Source of the DNA: Escherichia coli
GTDB taxonomy: Bacteria; Pseudomonadota; Gammaproteobacteria; Enterobacterales; Enterobacteriaceae
Strand: one strand, 5' to 3'
Length of the DNA: 64,000 bases
Assembly (NCBI RefSeq): GCF_003018255.1
Contig: NZ_CP027440.1
A program made the position numbers and the translations under genes. Below, piece after piece: positions 1 through 12,678 of this stretch. The notes under the pieces are model-generated. The model did no database searches. It was given only the letters and a program-made list of their open reading frames with translations, and was not told the origin of the DNA. Positions within the stretch are counted from its first letter, which is position 1; each line of letters begins with the position of its first letter.

Positions 1-1362
1 TACTGGCAGGAAGACGGTGAATGCCTGGCTGACTTTGTCGTACAGGTCCGCTTTACGCAGTTCTTCAATGAAGATGGCGTCAGCACGGCGCAGCAGGTCA
101 CAATACTCTTTCTTCACTTCTCCCAGAACACGAACGCCAAGGCCTGGTCCCGGGAACGGGTGACGGTACAACATGTCATACGGTAGGCCCAGCTCCAGAC
201 CAATCTTACGCACTTCGTCTTTGAACAGCTCTTTCAGCGGTTCAACCAAGCCCATCTTCATCTCTTTCGGCAGGCCACCCACGTTGTGGTGAGATTTGAT
301 GACGTGTGCTTTACCGGTTGCAGAAGCAGCAGATTCGATAACGTCAGGGTAGATAGTGCCCTGCGCCAGCCACTTCACGTCTTCCAGTTTCAGCGCTTCT
401 TCATCGAATACTTCAACGAAAACGCGCCCGATGATTTTACGTTTTGCTTCCGGATCATTTTCGCCAGCCAGCGCTGACAAGAAGCGATCTTCTGCCGGTA
501 CGTGAACAATATTCAGACCAAAGTGATCGCCAAACATATCCAGAACCTGCTCTGCTTCGTTGAGACGCAGCAGGCCGTTGTCGACGAATACGCAAGTCAG
601 GTTTTTACCGATAGCGCGGTGCAGCAGCATTGCAGTCACGGAGGAATCCACGCCACCAGAGAGGCCGAGGATCACTTTATCGTCGCCTACCTGCTCGCGG
701 ATACGGGCTACAGCATCGTCGATAATTTTCGCTGGCGTCCACAGGGCTTCACACTGGCAGATATCACGCACAAAACGCTCCAGCATGCGCATACCCTGGC
801 GGGTGTGAGTCACTTCCGGGTGGAACTGTACGCCATAGAAGCGTTTTTCTTCGTTAGCCATAATGGCAAACGGGCAGCTTTCGGTGCTGGCTACGGTGAC
901 GAAGTCGGACGGGATAGCGGTAACTTTATCGCCGTGGCTCATCCAGACATCGAGCAGAGGTTTACCGTCTGCGGTCAGCGCATCTTCGATACCGCGAACC
1001 AGTGCGCTGTCGTTTACGACTTCAACCTGCGCGTAGCCAAATTCACGTTCGTTAGAGGCTTCAACGTGACCGCCCAACTGCATCGCCATGGTCTGCATGC
1101 CATAGCAAACGCCGAATACCGGTACGCCTGCTTCAAAAACATACTGCGGCGCACGCGGGCTGTTTTCTTCAGTGGTACTTTCCGGGCCGCCGGAAAGAAT
1201 AATGCCGCTTGGGTTGAAGTCACGAATTTGTGCTTCTGTCACATCCCACGCCCACAGTTCGCAGTAAACACCCAGTTCACGCACGCGGCGCGCAACCAGT
1301 TGAGTGTACTGAGAACCGAAGTCCAGAATGAGGATGCGATGCTTATGAATGTTTTCCGTCAT
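1..1362 (-). CDS. guaA: GMP synthase (glutamine-hydrolysing), N-terminal 454 codons; 3' end lies left of the window
   Basis: The reverse frame stays open from position 1 to the ATG at 1360-1362. The reverse complement reads [14 protein letters not shown]..., the GuaA N-terminus. It is absent from the ORF track only because no stop lies in the window. The + ORF 502-1365 is its antisense shadow. Confidence 0.95.
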   Translation of the reverse strand, partial: MTENIHKHRILILDFGSQYTQLVARRVRELGVYCELWAWDVTEAQIRDFNPSGIILSGGPESTTEENSPRAPQYVFEAGVPVFGVCYGMQTMAMQLGGHVEASNEREFGYAQVEVVNDSALVRGIEDALTADGKPLLDVWMSHGDKVTAIPSDFVTVASTESCPFAIMANEEKRFYGVQFHPEVTHTRQGMRMLERFVRDICQCEALWTPAKIIDDAVARIREQVGDDKVILGLSGGVDSSVTAMLLHRAIGKNLTCVFVDNGLLRLNEAEQVLDMFGDHFGLNIVHVPAEDRFLSALAGENDPEAKRKIIGRVFVEVFDEEALKLEDVKWLAQGTIYPDVIESAASATGKAHVIKSHHNVGGLPKEMKMGLVEPLKELFKDEVRKIGLELGLPYDMLYRHPFPGPGLGVRVLGEVKKEYCDLLRRADAIFIEELRKADLYDKVSQAFTVFLPV

Positions 1363-1401
1363 TGACGCTTATTCCGAGGCAAGTGAAACAGATAATATAA
1401 A

Positions 1402-1424
1402 TCGCCCGACATGAAGTCGGGCGA
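1402..1424 (-). other. 9-bp stem / 5-nt loop hairpin in the 68-bp guaB-guaA spacer
   Basis: tcgcccgac-atgaa-gtcgggcga is a perfect inverted repeat between the guaB stop (1431) and the guaA start (1362). On the coding strand only TTTATATT follows. It is therefore at most a weak attenuator or an mRNA structural element inside the guaBA operon. Confidence 0.4.
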
Positions 1425-1430
1425 AGAGAA

Positions 1431-2897
1431 TCAGGAGCCCAGACGGTAGTTCGGGGACTCTTTAGTAATGGTCACGTCGTGAACGTGGCTTTCCTGAATG
1501 CCCGCACCGCTGATACGTACAAACTCCGCTTTAGTACGCAGTTCGTCGATAGTACCACAGCCGGTCAGGCCCATACAGGAGCGCAGGCCGCCCATCTGCT
1601 GGTGAATGATCTCTTTCAGGCGACCTTTATAGGCCACGCGACCTTCGATACCTTCCGGCACCAGTTTGTCGGCAGCGTTGTCACTCTGGAAGTAACGGTC
1701 AGAAGAACCTTTGGACATCGCGCCCAGGGAACCCATACCACGGTAAGATTTGTAAGAACGGCCCTGGTAGAGTTCAATTTCACCCGGAGATTCTTCAGTA
1801 CCTGCCAGCATGGAACCCACCATTACCGCGCTTGCGCCAGCGGCGATAGCTTTGGCGATGTCGCCAGAGAAACGGATACCGCCGTCAGCAATAACAGGAA
1901 TACCGGTGCCTTCCAGGGCTTCTACTGCATCAGCAACGGCAGTGATCTGCGGAACACCGACGCCAGTCACGATACGAGTCGTACAGATAGAGCCTGGGCC
2001 GATACCCACTTTAACCGCGCTGCAACCTGCTTCTGCCAGAGCGCGGGCGCCCGCAGCTGTTGCCACATTACCGCCGATGATTTGCAGATCCGGATATTTA
2101 GCACGAGTTTCACGGATACGCTGCAGAACGCCTTCAGAGTGACCGTGAGAGGAGTCGATCAGCAGAACGTCAACGCCTGCGGCAACCAGCGCGTCGACAC
2201 GCTCTTCGTTACCAGCGCCAGCGCCAACCGCTGCACCAACACGCAGACGGCCTTGCTCGTCTTTACAGGCGTTCGGTTTACGTTCCGCTTTCTGGAAGTC
2301 TTTCACAGTGATCATGCCGATCAGGTGGAATTCGTCATCAACCACCAGCGCCTTTTCAACGCGTTTTTCGTGCATTTTTGCCAGCACCACTTCACGGGCT
2401 TCGCCTTCACGCACGGTTACCAGACGCTCTTTCGGCGTCATGTAAACGCTAACCGGTTGATTCAGATCGGTCACAAAACGCACGTCACGACCGGTGATGA
2501 TGCCGACCAGTTCGTTTTCTTCGGTAACCACCGGGTAACCCGCAAAGCCGTTACGTTCGGTCAGTTCTTTCACTTCACGCAGGGTGGTTGTCGGCAGCAC
2601 GGTCTGCGGATCAGTTACCACGCCAGATTCGTGTTTTTTCACACGGCGAACTTCTTCTGCCTGGCGTTCAATGGACATGTTTTTGTGGATAAAGCCGATA
2701 CCGCCTTCCTGAGCCAGAGCAATAGCCAGGCGCGCTTCCGTTACGGTATCCATTGCTGCGGAAAGCATAGGGATATTCAGACGAATAGTTTTCGTCAGCT
2801 GGGTGCTGAGGTCAGCAGTATTCGGCAGAACGGTAGAATGAGCAGGAACGAGGAGAACGTCGTCAAACGTCAGAGCTTCTTTAGCGATACGTAGCAT
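1431..2897 (-). CDS. guaB: IMP dehydrogenase (488 aa)
   Basis: ORF-track frame 1431-2966. The conserved N-terminus [18 protein letters not shown] starts at the internal ATG 2895-2897. A CBS-pair region and the catalytic loop [11 protein letters not shown] are present. Confidence 0.97.
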
Positions 2898-2932
2898 GGG
2901 CAATATCTCGACCAGAGTGGTTAATAAATATT

Positions 2933-2969
2933 GCCGCGGCATTATACAGAGCGTAACCGATTGCATCTA
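2933..2969 (-). promoter_or_regulatory. candidate guaBA promoter (-10 TATAAT with GC-rich discriminator)
   Basis: On the - strand, TATAAT (2941-2946) is followed immediately by GCCGCGGC (2933-2940), a stringent/growth-rate-type discriminator. This lies ~40 nt upstream of the guaB ATG. A weak -35 TAGATG sits at 17-bp spacing (2964-2969). Confidence 0.5.
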
Positions 2970-3028
2970 CCCCTTTTTGCAAAAAATGCTTGCTATCCCC
3001 GGAGGGCGGGTTACTATCGACTGAATAA

Positions 3029-4433
<1,405 letters not shown>

Positions 4434-4435
<2 letters not shown>

Positions 4436-4470
4436 ACCGGATAAGAGGCGCCAGCATCGCATCCGGCAAT
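4434..4470. repeat. REP (repetitive extragenic palindrome) element at the xseA 3' end / left island junction
   Basis: gtagaccggataagaggcgccagcatcgcatccggca has the CCGGATAAG...GCATCCGGC imperfect-palindrome signature. The same signature recurs at 35457, 42656 and 53939. Confidence 0.8.
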
Positions 4471-4503
4471 AGCTCCCAGGCTACACCAGATCCGCCATGC
4501 TGG

Positions 4504-7500
4504 TTACTGGAAGCAGGTCACCAGACCCGGTTTATTTTTTATTAGCGTGATACTACAATCCTGCGCTCCAGTACCTTCGTCCATCCCACACTGTTGAGAG
4601 GACAAATAAGGAAAACTGGGTGAAGACGGCCATCCCAGTGAATTAAAAACAGTATGCAACAACTCTAATTCATTGTATGTCGGTGCATTTTCTATGCTGC
4701 CACACTGCCTTGCGATATCCCATTTACTGGCATCAATGATATGTGCAGAAGCCCAGTTTTCGTAGTTAATAATCGGTGAGGATACGGGATTAGCCCCGGA
4801 CGGCAATTCCGTCGTTAACAACGGTCGATGTAGCGATTTACTAGTCACCACTACCGTGTCTGCCATATGTCCCCAAAAGTGCGCCGATGAAACATTTGGG
4901 CTGGTTGGCACCGTAAAAATAGCATCCAGCGTGTCTGTCGCGGAAGCGTAATTAGCCAGAGTAACCGTCAGTGGCATTTTATAACCAGGGGTATTATCCT
5001 GGCGGAGCGTAAAACTTGCCGTCCCATCCGCGCCTGTCATGCCACTAATGGTATTACCGCTTTCACTCAGCGTAACAGCCGAACCTGATAACGGCTGAAC
5101 GACGAGATCGTCCATCGCCACTACATTGCCATACAACGTTGCCCCAGCGTTACGCGGCGATGCCTCACCACGTTTCAAAGTAAATTCAACATTCGGCACC
5201 GTATTCCCGGCGCTGTCTTTCACCGTCACGGTTACGGACATGGCTTCGCCTTTTTTCACTTTCGCCGCCTGAGTGGCTGCATCAAACGCTGTTGAGGTAA
5301 GTGTGACGCTGGAAACGGTTGAACGCGCGTTAGCCAGGCAAGGCTGAAATGATTTTGTTGAACCCGTATACAGCGTGCCATTTCTCAAATCAACCGACTG
5401 GTCTTTACCATCGGCGGATTTATCCTCTGCCCACCAGGTGTAATACGCAGGCCAGCCAGTTTCAGTGACAAACGTGTTATTCGGATAACGCGCAGACAAC
5501 GAACTTAAATCATTGAATAGTGGCTGCCTTGCTACTTCACAAGGGCTCACACTCGCATCTGATTTCTGTGTTGGGGTAAAGTACGGCCAGTCTTCATTAT
5601 TGTTATTGATCTTGCCGACGCCAGAAGTCGATGTCAGTTCACTCCACAATTTCGGGCGTTCAAATACCGCACCATTCACTGCCGTCAAGGTTGCTGGCAT
5701 ATGCCCCCAGTAGTTAGCCTTCGCAGAATCCGGGCTGGTCACTACCGTGAATATCAGGTCCTGATTAGCCGTAACCTGCGGATTTCGCGCCAATGAAGCT
5801 GTAAACGGCGTTACCAGACCGACGGTGTTATTTTGGGTAACGTTGAACGTTATCGTGCCATCACTGCCGGTGAAGCCGCTCCATGCCGACGTATTCTGGT
5901 TGAAGGAGATACGCGCCGATGTTGGGGTGACTTCATCTAAAATGAGATCATCTACGGTATTGGAGGATACAGAGATCCCTGAACGGCTTTTCGCCTGCAC
6001 GCGCTTGAGCGTAACACCTTCGCCGCCAACAGGATTACCATTGGCATCTTTGATCGTCACCACGATGGGAAGCATCTCACCTTTTTTCACAGATGACGTG
6101 GGGGTACCACCATTGCTGGCAGTTCGGCCCTCATCATAGGCAGTCGATGACAGCGTAAGGCTTGCTGGTGCCGAATGTGGCTGCGTCAGACAGAGCATTA
6201 AAGCGTATCCATTAATAGTCGTCGTCGATTGTCCCGTTTTCAAATTAATGACGCCGTAATACCACGTCAACGCGTCAGTGGTGCTCATTTCATAAGTCCA
6301 CCAATTTCCACTTCCGGCAGTTATAGGCAACCCCAAATCTGTCAGTATTGTCCCGCCTGGATGATCATTATATAGCCCCTGTAACTCATTGAGACGCGGC
6401 TGATACTCAACCGGGCAATCCGGCGTAACTTTATTGGTATAAAAAAGGTATGACCACGACTCATTATTATTACTTACCGAGGACCCCAAGGTCGCTTCTG
6501 CTGCCAGTAGCGGTCGTTTAAAGGTCACCCCCGCCCTACTGGTAAACGTGTCGGGCATATGACCCCAGTATTTTGCTTTCGGTGAGTTCGGACTGGTTAT
6601 CACAGTGAAAATAACATCCATCGTGGCACTTTTTGTGGTGTCGCGCATCAATGTTGCAGTGAGCGGAGTTGCCAGCCCATAAGTCTCGTTTTGCGTCACA
6701 TCAAAAGTCGCTTTACCATCACTTCCTGTCGTCAGAAGTGCCTGTGCCCCATTATTATAGAGTGACATGTTTACTCCGGCAGGGGTGACCGGCACGATAG
6801 TAAGATCATCATACGTAGAATCTAGCCTGTTTTTTGCACGATCCAACGCAGTCCCGCGTATGAGATTAAAGTTTGCGCCTGGCAACAGATTTCCTCCGCT
6901 ATCCCGCACAATCACCGTCATCCGGATCGCCGTACCTTTCGCCGCCGTTGCACTAGGGCGACCATCGTTGCTGGCCGTTTTCTCCGCATCCAGTGCCGTG
7001 GAGGTCATCTCTATAGAAGCTGCCACTGCATGAGGGTTTACCAGACAGGACACAAATGCCACGGTGTTTGATAATGCCCTGGAGCTTGATCCATTCGATA
7101 AATTAATAGACTGATCGTACCAGACGTTCGCGTAGGCAATTTTATCGTAAGCCCACCAGGTGTTAGTCAGCGGAAGGCCTAAATCGGTCCCTATCGCACC
7201 ATTAGGATGTTCACTGTATAACTCTTGAAATTCGCTTAATAACGGTTGATAAGGTTCGCCGCAGTCTGATTTGCTGACATCATTTTTTGCTGCCGTATTC
7301 AAAGAAAGCCATGATTCATTATTAGCCATGGTTGACTGCCCCGCTGGATGCTCGGCAGTAAGCAATGGCCGCTTAAAGGCAATTCCCGACCGGGTAGTAA
7401 ACGTTTCAGGCATATGCCCCCAGTAACTTGCCAGTGGCGTATCCGGGCTGGTTATGACGGTAAACATGACCGGTAATTTGTTGGATTCTATCGTCAGCTG

Positions 7501-10500
7501 ATACAACTGGGCGTACATATTGGTTACCAGGCCCATAGAATCATCTTGTTTTACCGTAAAGGAGGTAGTCCCGTCCGCGCCAGTCACCCCATAAAGCAGG
7601 CTTGAAGAACTATTCATCCTCGCAGAAGCGCCTGCCGCGTTAATTACCGTAATCGACTTATTTATCATCTCGGCATTTTGACGGTTCTTCGAGCCTTCAC
7701 GTCTGAGAATAAAGGGGACATTGGGCACGCTATTTCCCTGCGTATTTTTAGTCACCACGCGAATCACCGCGTCTTCGCCTTTTTTCACTTTCAACGCACT
7801 CAAGGTGTCGTCAACTTTGACAAATTGCGCCGTATCATTCGCCTCAACAATGATCTGACTGGCAACGGCGACAGGCGTGGTCCGGCAGCTCAGTAATGCA
7901 CCACCAGATGAGGGCATCTGCGTTTCATCTCCTGTCTTCAGCGAAACGACATCATACGTAAAGGTTTGAGTGAACGTATCTGCAACGGTATTCGAGATAT
8001 AGAACCTCGACACTGGCCAGCCAATAGCATCATGTAATGCGCTACTCCCCTGGTGCGCATAAATGGCCCTAAGTTCATTGTCAGTTGGAACATACTCCGC
8101 GCCACAACCATTTATCGAGGTATCGTTAGCCTGGCCCGACGGGAACGTAGACCAGGCCTCCCCCTCTTCCACCAGGGTACCGATACTGGTGGTAGCACTA
8201 TTCTCGTCCCTCAGCAAAGGCCTTCGATAAATAAGACCGTCATCGCCTGTCGCCGTTTCAGCCATATGCCCCCAGAATTTGGCTTTTGGCGAATCCGGGC
8301 TGGTAAGCACCGTAAAGACAACGGGAAGCGTCGATTTAGTGCTGCTGGAGGAATCCAACGCTGCCGTGAGTTCTGTTTTTAGCCCGGTAGTCTGGTCTTG
8401 CTTCAATGTGAAAGTGGTGATGCCATCAGCCCCCGTCACGCCATAAATAACCAGGGTCGTTGAAAGAAAATCATCTTGAGTATTTCCCCAGGCATCCGTT
8501 ACCGCCAGCGAAGCAATCGACGTCGTAGTTGACACATTGGCCCTGTTCACGCTGGTGTTTCGTTTGAGGGTAAATGCGGTATTTCCCACAGGGTTACCCT
8601 GCGCATCTTTAGTGGTCACTCGTAATACGGCTTCTTCGCCTTTTTTCGCTTTGACAACATTATTCGTACTGTCAAATTTTGTGGGGTCTGCAGCTTCAAG
8701 AACAATTTGGCTTGCCTTAACAATCGGCGTCGTCTGGCAGGTAAGCAGTTCTTTTGTGGCAGATGGAATTATCGAACTGGTGCCTGAACTGAGATTGACG
8801 GCCTTGAAGTCACGCTGTTCCAGGCTACTACTACCTGTTGTGCTGGAAAGGTAACTTGAGGCGACGGGCCAGCCCTGAACCGTTTTCATCGCATTGCCGC
8901 GGTTGGCTTCATACAATGACTCCAGCCCGGCCTGGGAGGGAACATATTCACTACCACAACCATTAGAGGCTGTGCTTATAGCCTGGGTTTGGGTAAATTG
9001 CGCCCAGTCTTCATTCTCTTCTGCAATCGCTGTTCGACCCGACGTACTGGATAACTCTTTCAACAATAATGGGCGTTTAAAGACCGTTCCATCTGCAGCC
9101 GTCACTGTTTCAGGCATATGCCCCCACATTTTCGCCTTATCGCTGTCCGGGCTGGTGACAACGGTAAAAATGGTATCGAGGGTCGCTTTTTTCGTTGTGT
9201 CTGAATAGAGCGCGACGGTCAGCGACGTTTTTGTGCCATGGGTATCCGGGCGGGTAATAGTGAGAATTTTAGTGCCATCGCTGCCGGTCATCGCGCTGTA
9301 TGCTGCGGCGGTATCATTGAGCGAAGTTTCATCCGCCAGGCCACTATTGATCACAACCGGCGCAACCAGCGCATCACCGCCACCGGCAATGTGTTTTTCG
9401 TTTGATCGGGTATAACCATCGCCACGCTTCAGCGTAAAAGGCATATCACCCAATGGATTGCCCTGAGCATCTTTTACCGTCACCTTCACCTGTAGCGTTT
9501 CGCCTTTTTTCAGCTTCGCCGCATTTGCTGCCGCGTTCCACTGCGCCGGGTCCACCACTTCCAGCGTAATGCTGCTGGCAGGATTGTTAGCCGTCGTCAG
9601 GCAACTGACATAAACCGCCGTGCTACCGCCAACGGTCCGCGCGCCATCGTTGAGGGCTATGGTGTAGTAATGCGGCACCTGATCCGCGGGCGAACTGCTC
9701 CAGTAGGGCTGACGCTGCGTTGGCCAACCGTGTACCGTTTGAACGGCGTTACCGCTGTTAGCATCATAGAGCGCGTTAAGCTGGGAACGGCGTGGGAGCA
9801 TATTGGCACCACAGCCACCTTTACTGGTGCTGGAAGTGTTGGCCTGGCTAACGCGCGACCACACTTCGTTATTTTCCGTTAATGTGCCGTCCGGGCTGGA
9901 CACTTCCGCAGCCAGCCGGGGTCGGGCAAAGGTTAATGCATCGACGGTAATCGTCTCATCCATATGACCCCACATCTGCGCGCCAACCGCATCCGGACTG
10001 GTGAGCGTAGTGAAAATCACATTGTAATTAACAGTATTGGGAATATAGGAGTTTACAGGCGCAATATTCAGCGGCGTCGCTAAGCCCACACCTTGCGGTT
10101 GCTTAATTTCCACAGTAGCAAAACCCTGCGCATCCGTAGTACCGGCATAGACTAAAGACGGTTGCGATGTTCCGTAGAGTGTGCCATTCATCTCGATTGC
10201 GCCGCGGGTTGGATCATCAAAACCTGTAGTCTGCCCCTGACGATTTTTCCCCATATCTTTAGTGATGGTGAACGCGGTATACGGCACGGGCGCATTATTC
10301 AAGGCATTAAAGGTGCGTACCGTCATGGTAATCGTTTCACCCTCTTTAGCCTGCGCTCTGCTGCTTGTGGAAACATCATGATCGGTGGTCGCAGCAATCT
10401 GGGCGACCATCTCATTGCCCGAACAAGAAAGGTAGTTTTGCTTAAAGCCGGAATAGGTGTCGATGTTGCCCGTGGCCAGGTTCACCGACGCGTGCGACGT

Positions 10501-12558
10501 CTCTTCCACCGCACTAAGATACGCTTTTTGCAACGTTGGCCAGCCATATTCGGTGCCGATGACATTGGCTGGATGTGCGGCAAACAAACTGTGCAATGAG
10601 CTTTGGCTCGGAATATGACCTAAACCACACTCAGCCTGCATACTGCTATTCTGATCAAACAGCGCCCAGTCTTCGTTATTTTCCCGCACTGCTCCCAGTT
10701 CGTTGTCGGTTTCATCCGCCAGCCGTGGGCGTTTAAAGATATTATTCGCTTCAATAATGCCTAACATATGTCCCCACATCCGCGCTTTGTCGGAATCAGG
10801 GCTGGTGATCACCGTAAAAATAACGTCTTTCTCATCCGAGGCGGTAAAATCACTGCGCATTTTCGCGGTGATGTGTGTTTTCACCCCCACGCCGCCTGGC
10901 TGGGTCAGCGTCAGAGAGGCCTCTCCGTTAGCATCAGTGATCCCTTCATAGGTATGCGCGTCAACTTTGCGAACGTTACTGCCACCATCAATTTGTACCG
11001 GATGCGTCTCCCACGCAGCGTCAGTTTGATTCTTACGGTTAACACCGTCATCCAGATGCAGCGAAAAGTAGTAGTAAGCCAGCGGCTGATCGTTGTTCTT
11101 GCTATCGGTAATCGTCAGGCGTAAAGAAGCCTCTTCCCCCACCTTTACTTTCATCGCTTTTATCGTCGAATCATAACTGCCCGGCGTCAGTACCAGCTTC
11201 GGTTCAACATCGGGCGCTTCTTTATCGACACAGCTCACAATAAACGTCGTATCGTCCGGTTTTTGCGCTTCGCTGCGGTTCGAAACATCCGCCGCATGGT
11301 GCTGCCCGCTCATCCCCGCCAGTGATGACCAGTAGTAGTTACCCTGCATCGGCCAACCAGCCACATCCTGCACTGACGTTGGCACCACCGTCGCCAGCGC
11401 ACCGAACTGACGCATTCCGGGCAAAATGTCGCAATGTTTATCCGCACCACTCCAGGTAAAGGTGGACCAGGTTTCATTGTGATCGTTAACCGTACCGTCT
11501 TCATTATCGACTTCCGCCGCCAGTTTTGGTCGACTAAAAGTGTAATCACGGGCCTTCAGCGTATCGGGCATATGACCCCACATTGTGGCCTGCGGGACAT
11601 CCGGGCTGGTGAGGACGGTAAAGATCACTGCCGTTTCACTGGTCTGAGCAATACCCGCGAGGCTCGCGACCAACGGCGTTTTTACACCAGGGGCGTTGGC
11701 CTGGGTGACCGTAACCGTGGCAACACCATTCGCATCGGTAGTACCACGATATTCCGTCGCGGTGGTGGTTAATTCGGTCGTGCCCAGTTTTACCGGCGCA
11801 GTATTGTTCACTACACCCTGGCGGTTTTCAGCATCTTTGCGTTTGATAACAAAAGGAATATTCCCCACAACATTACCGACGCAATCTTTGGTGGTGACCG
11901 TTAACGTGATACTGCCGCCAACCGTCGTTTTCGCCGCACCGGAGGATTCGTCATAGCCCGCGGCGCTGACGGAAATAAGGTCACCCTGCGCGGGCGCAAT
12001 CTTCAGCGTCACTTTCTGATCGGCGAGGGTCAGAACACTTTCATAGGGATAGCCCGTCGAGGTAAGTAGATATAACAGCGGCATGGTCTGCTGGGGGTCT
12101 GGCTGCGCCCAGGCGATCAGCGAACGCCCGGCAAGGCCCTGTGCGCAAAATGAGCGATCTGCGACTGGCTGTGGGTCCAGTAAGGTGTCCGGCGTCGCGG
12201 CATCCGCCCAAACTAAAGATACTGTCGGTGGCGTTTGGTTTTCCCAACGTGGTGTGGCAATGATATCGCCTTCTCTGTCTTGCGGGTTGGTGACGAGCAA
12301 TTTAGAGACGCTAACATCCGCGCTGAATTCACTCGGTTTAGCGGTAAACGCTACCTCATGCGTCTTTGCAGGATCCAGAAAGACACTGCCCTGGTAGACG
12401 GGTATGCTGGCACTGTCGGCGGTGGGCACGGTACCGTTAAATTCGCCGACCGTATCTGAAGAGTCTTGCCATGCAGATTCTGCCCATGCCCCCCCAGGCA
12501 GCATTGCGCTTATCAGCAATGCGCAAAACACAAGGATTTTATTCAGGGTCAGGGACAT
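4504..12558 (-). CDS. ratA: giant secreted repetitive Ig-like protein, RatA family (2684 aa)
   Basis: Uninterrupted 8055-nt ORF with GGAG 8 nt upstream of the ATG. The N-terminal Sec signal is [26 protein letters not shown]|ES. It contains nine reiterated modules, each holding a Big_1/invasin-like segment (KKGE..L.V.V.KDA.GNP...FTLKR...G.TG.DG...). It lies downstream of sinH-sinI between xseA and yfgJ, as in the Salmonella CS54 island. Confidence 0.85.
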   Translation of the reverse strand: MSLTLNKILVFCALLISAMLPGGAWAESAWQDSSDTVGEFNGTVPTADSASIPVYQGSVFLDPAKTHEVAFTAKPSEFSADVSVSKLLVTNPQDREGDIIATPRWENQTPPTVSLVWADAATPDTLLDPQPVADRSFCAQGLAGRSLIAWAQPDPQQTMPLLYLLTSTGYPYESVLTLADQKVTLKIAPAQGDLISVSAAGYDESSGAAKTTVGGSITLTVTTKDCVGNVVGNIPFVIKRKDAENRQGVVNNTAPVKLGTTELTTTATEYRGTTDANGVATVTVTQANAPGVKTPLVASLAGIAQTSETAVIFTVLTSPDVPQATMWGHMPDTLKARDYTFSRPKLAAEVDNEDGTVNDHNETWSTFTWSGADKHCDILPGMRQFGALATVVPTSVQDVAGWPMQGNYYWSSLAGMSGQHHAADVSNRSEAQKPDDTTFIVSCVDKEAPDVEPKLVLTPGSYDSTIKAMKVKVGEEASLRLTITDSKNNDQPLAYYYFSLHLDDGVNRKNQTDAAWETHPVQIDGGSNVRKVDAHTYEGITDANGEASLTLTQPGGVGVKTHITAKMRSDFTASDEKDVIFTVITSPDSDKARMWGHMLGIIEANNIFKRPRLADETDNELGAVRENNEDWALFDQNSSMQAECGLGHIPSQSSLHSLFAAHPANVIGTEYGWPTLQKAYLSAVEETSHASVNLATGNIDTYSGFKQNYLSCSGNEMVAQIAATTDHDVSTSSRAQAKEGETITMTVRTFNALNNAPVPYTAFTITKDMGKNRQGQTTGFDDPTRGAIEMNGTLYGTSQPSLVYAGTTDAQGFATVEIKQPQGVGLATPLNIAPVNSYIPNTVNYNVIFTTLTSPDAVGAQMWGHMDETITVDALTFARPRLAAEVSSPDGTLTENNEVWSRVSQANTSSTSKGGCGANMLPRRSQLNALYDANSGNAVQTVHGWPTQRQPYWSSSPADQVPHYYTIALNDGARTVGGSTAVYVSCLTTANNPASSITLEVVDPAQWNAAANAAKLKKGETLQVKVTVKDAQGNPLGDMPFTLKRGDGYTRSNEKHIAGGGDALVAPVVINSGLADETSLNDTAAAYSAMTGSDGTKILTITRPDTHGTKTSLTVALYSDTTKKATLDTIFTVVTSPDSDKAKMWGHMPETVTAADGTVFKRPLLLKELSSTSGRTAIAEENEDWAQFTQTQAISTASNGCGSEYVPSQAGLESLYEANRGNAMKTVQGWPVASSYLSSTTGSSSLEQRDFKAVNLSSGTSSIIPSATKELLTCQTTPIVKASQIVLEAADPTKFDSTNNVVKAKKGEEAVLRVTTKDAQGNPVGNTAFTLKRNTSVNRANVSTTTSIASLAVTDAWGNTQDDFLSTTLVIYGVTGADGITTFTLKQDQTTGLKTELTAALDSSSSTKSTLPVVFTVLTSPDSPKAKFWGHMAETATGDDGLIYRRPLLRDENSATTSIGTLVEEGEAWSTFPSGQANDTSINGCGAEYVPTDNELRAIYAHQGSSALHDAIGWPVSRFYISNTVADTFTQTFTYDVVSLKTGDETQMPSSGGALLSCRTTPVAVASQIIVEANDTAQFVKVDDTLSALKVKKGEDAVIRVVTKNTQGNSVPNVPFILRREGSKNRQNAEMINKSITVINAAGASARMNSSSSLLYGVTGADGTTSFTVKQDDSMGLVTNMYAQLYQLTIESNKLPVMFTVITSPDTPLASYWGHMPETFTTRSGIAFKRPLLTAEHPAGQSTMANNESWLSLNTAAKNDVSKSDCGEPYQPLLSEFQELYSEHPNGAIGTDLGLPLTNTWWAYDKIAYANVWYDQSINLSNGSSSRALSNTVAFVSCLVNPHAVAASIEMTSTALDAEKTASNDGRPSATAAKGTAIRMTVIVRDSGGNLLPGANFNLIRGTALDRAKNRLDSTYDDLTIVPVTPAGVNMSLYNNGAQALLTTGSDGKATFDVTQNETYGLATPLTATLMRDTTKSATMDVIFTVITSPNSPKAKYWGHMPDTFTSRAGVTFKRPLLAAEATLGSSVSNNNESWSYLFYTNKVTPDCPVEYQPRLNELQGLYNDHPGGTILTDLGLPITAGSGNWWTYEMSTTDALTWYYGVINLKTGQSTTTINGYALMLCLTQPHSAPASLTLSSTAYDEGRTASNGGTPTSSVKKGEMLPIVVTIKDANGNPVGGEGVTLKRVQAKSRSGISVSSNTVDDLILDEVTPTSARISFNQNTSAWSGFTGSDGTITFNVTQNNTVGLVTPFTASLARNPQVTANQDLIFTVVTSPDSAKANYWGHMPATLTAVNGAVFERPKLWSELTSTSGVGKINNNNEDWPYFTPTQKSDASVSPCEVARQPLFNDLSSLSARYPNNTFVTETGWPAYYTWWAEDKSADGKDQSVDLRNGTLYTGSTKSFQPCLANARSTVSSVTLTSTAFDAATQAAKVKKGEAMSVTVTVKDSAGNTVPNVEFTLKRGEASPRNAGATLYGNVVAMDDLVVQPLSGSAVTLSESGNTISGMTGADGTASFTLRQDNTPGYKMPLTVTLANYASATDTLDAIFTVPTSPNVSSAHFWGHMADTVVVTSKSLHRPLLTTELPSGANPVSSPIINYENWASAHIIDASKWDIARQCGSIENAPTYNELELLHTVFNSLGWPSSPSFPYLSSQQCGMDEGTGAQDCSITLIKNKPGLVTCFQ
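4507..12006 (-). repeat. nine tandem divergent coding modules (~804-858 bp each) inside ratA
   Basis: The protein motif (I/V/M)FT(V/T)xTSP(D/N)...(M/F/Y)WGHM recurs nine times. Its WGHM codons appear on the + strand as CATATGNCCCCA at 11569, 10765, 9961, 9115, 8263, 7411, 6556, 5698 and 4864. The spacings are 804, 804, 846, 852, 852, 855, 858 and 834 bp. Apart from this motif the copies differ substantially at nucleotide level. Confidence 0.9.
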
Positions 12559-12602
12559 GACAGAAACTCCACCGGTTGTTAAACGGACGCTTGTCGCATC
12601 AA

Positions 12603-12637
12603 CATATTTTGCTTAATCCGGGATTAAGCAAAATATG
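12603..12637 (-). promoter_or_regulatory. 35-bp perfect palindrome (17-nt arms, 1-nt centre) in the sinI-ratA spacer
   Basis: catattttgcttaatcc-g-ggattaagcaaaatatg. It lies 45 nt upstream of the ratA ATG and downstream of the hairpin at 12644-12667. It could be an RNA stem-loop (processing or stability) or a dimeric-protein operator. Confidence 0.5.
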
Positions 12638-12643
12638 CGGAAA

Positions 12644-12667
12644 CAGCATTCCCTTGCGGGAATGCTG
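12644..12667 (-). terminator. terminator-like hairpin just after sinI (possible attenuator before ratA)
   Basis: cagcattccc-ttgc-gggaatgctg is a perfect 10-bp stem with a 4-nt loop, 12 nt after the sinI stop. On the coding strand only TTTCC follows, so termination is likely partial at most. Confidence 0.4.
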
Positions 12668-12678
12668 CTGAGTACGCG

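Noticed and set aside
502-2894. Long + strand ORFs 502-1365 (287 aa) and 1479-2894 (471 aa), plus smaller ones
   Set aside because: They lie exactly antisense to guaA and guaB, whose products are unmistakable. Their translations are low-complexity and R/H/F-rich, which is typical of shadow frames in high-GC3 genes.
4436-4503. Searched both island junctions (4436-4503 and 15919-16097) for att-like direct repeats, integrase remnants or tRNA fragments
   Set aside because: None was recognisable by eye. The left junction is just a REP element. A computational repeat search could still find short duplications I missed.
4507-12006. Possibility that the ratA repeats are an assembly artefact, or a recently amplified and recombination-prone (phase-variable) array
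   Set aside because: The nine modules differ in length (804-858 bp). By eye they differ at most nucleotide positions outside the short CATATGNCCCCA motif. The frame is intact throughout.
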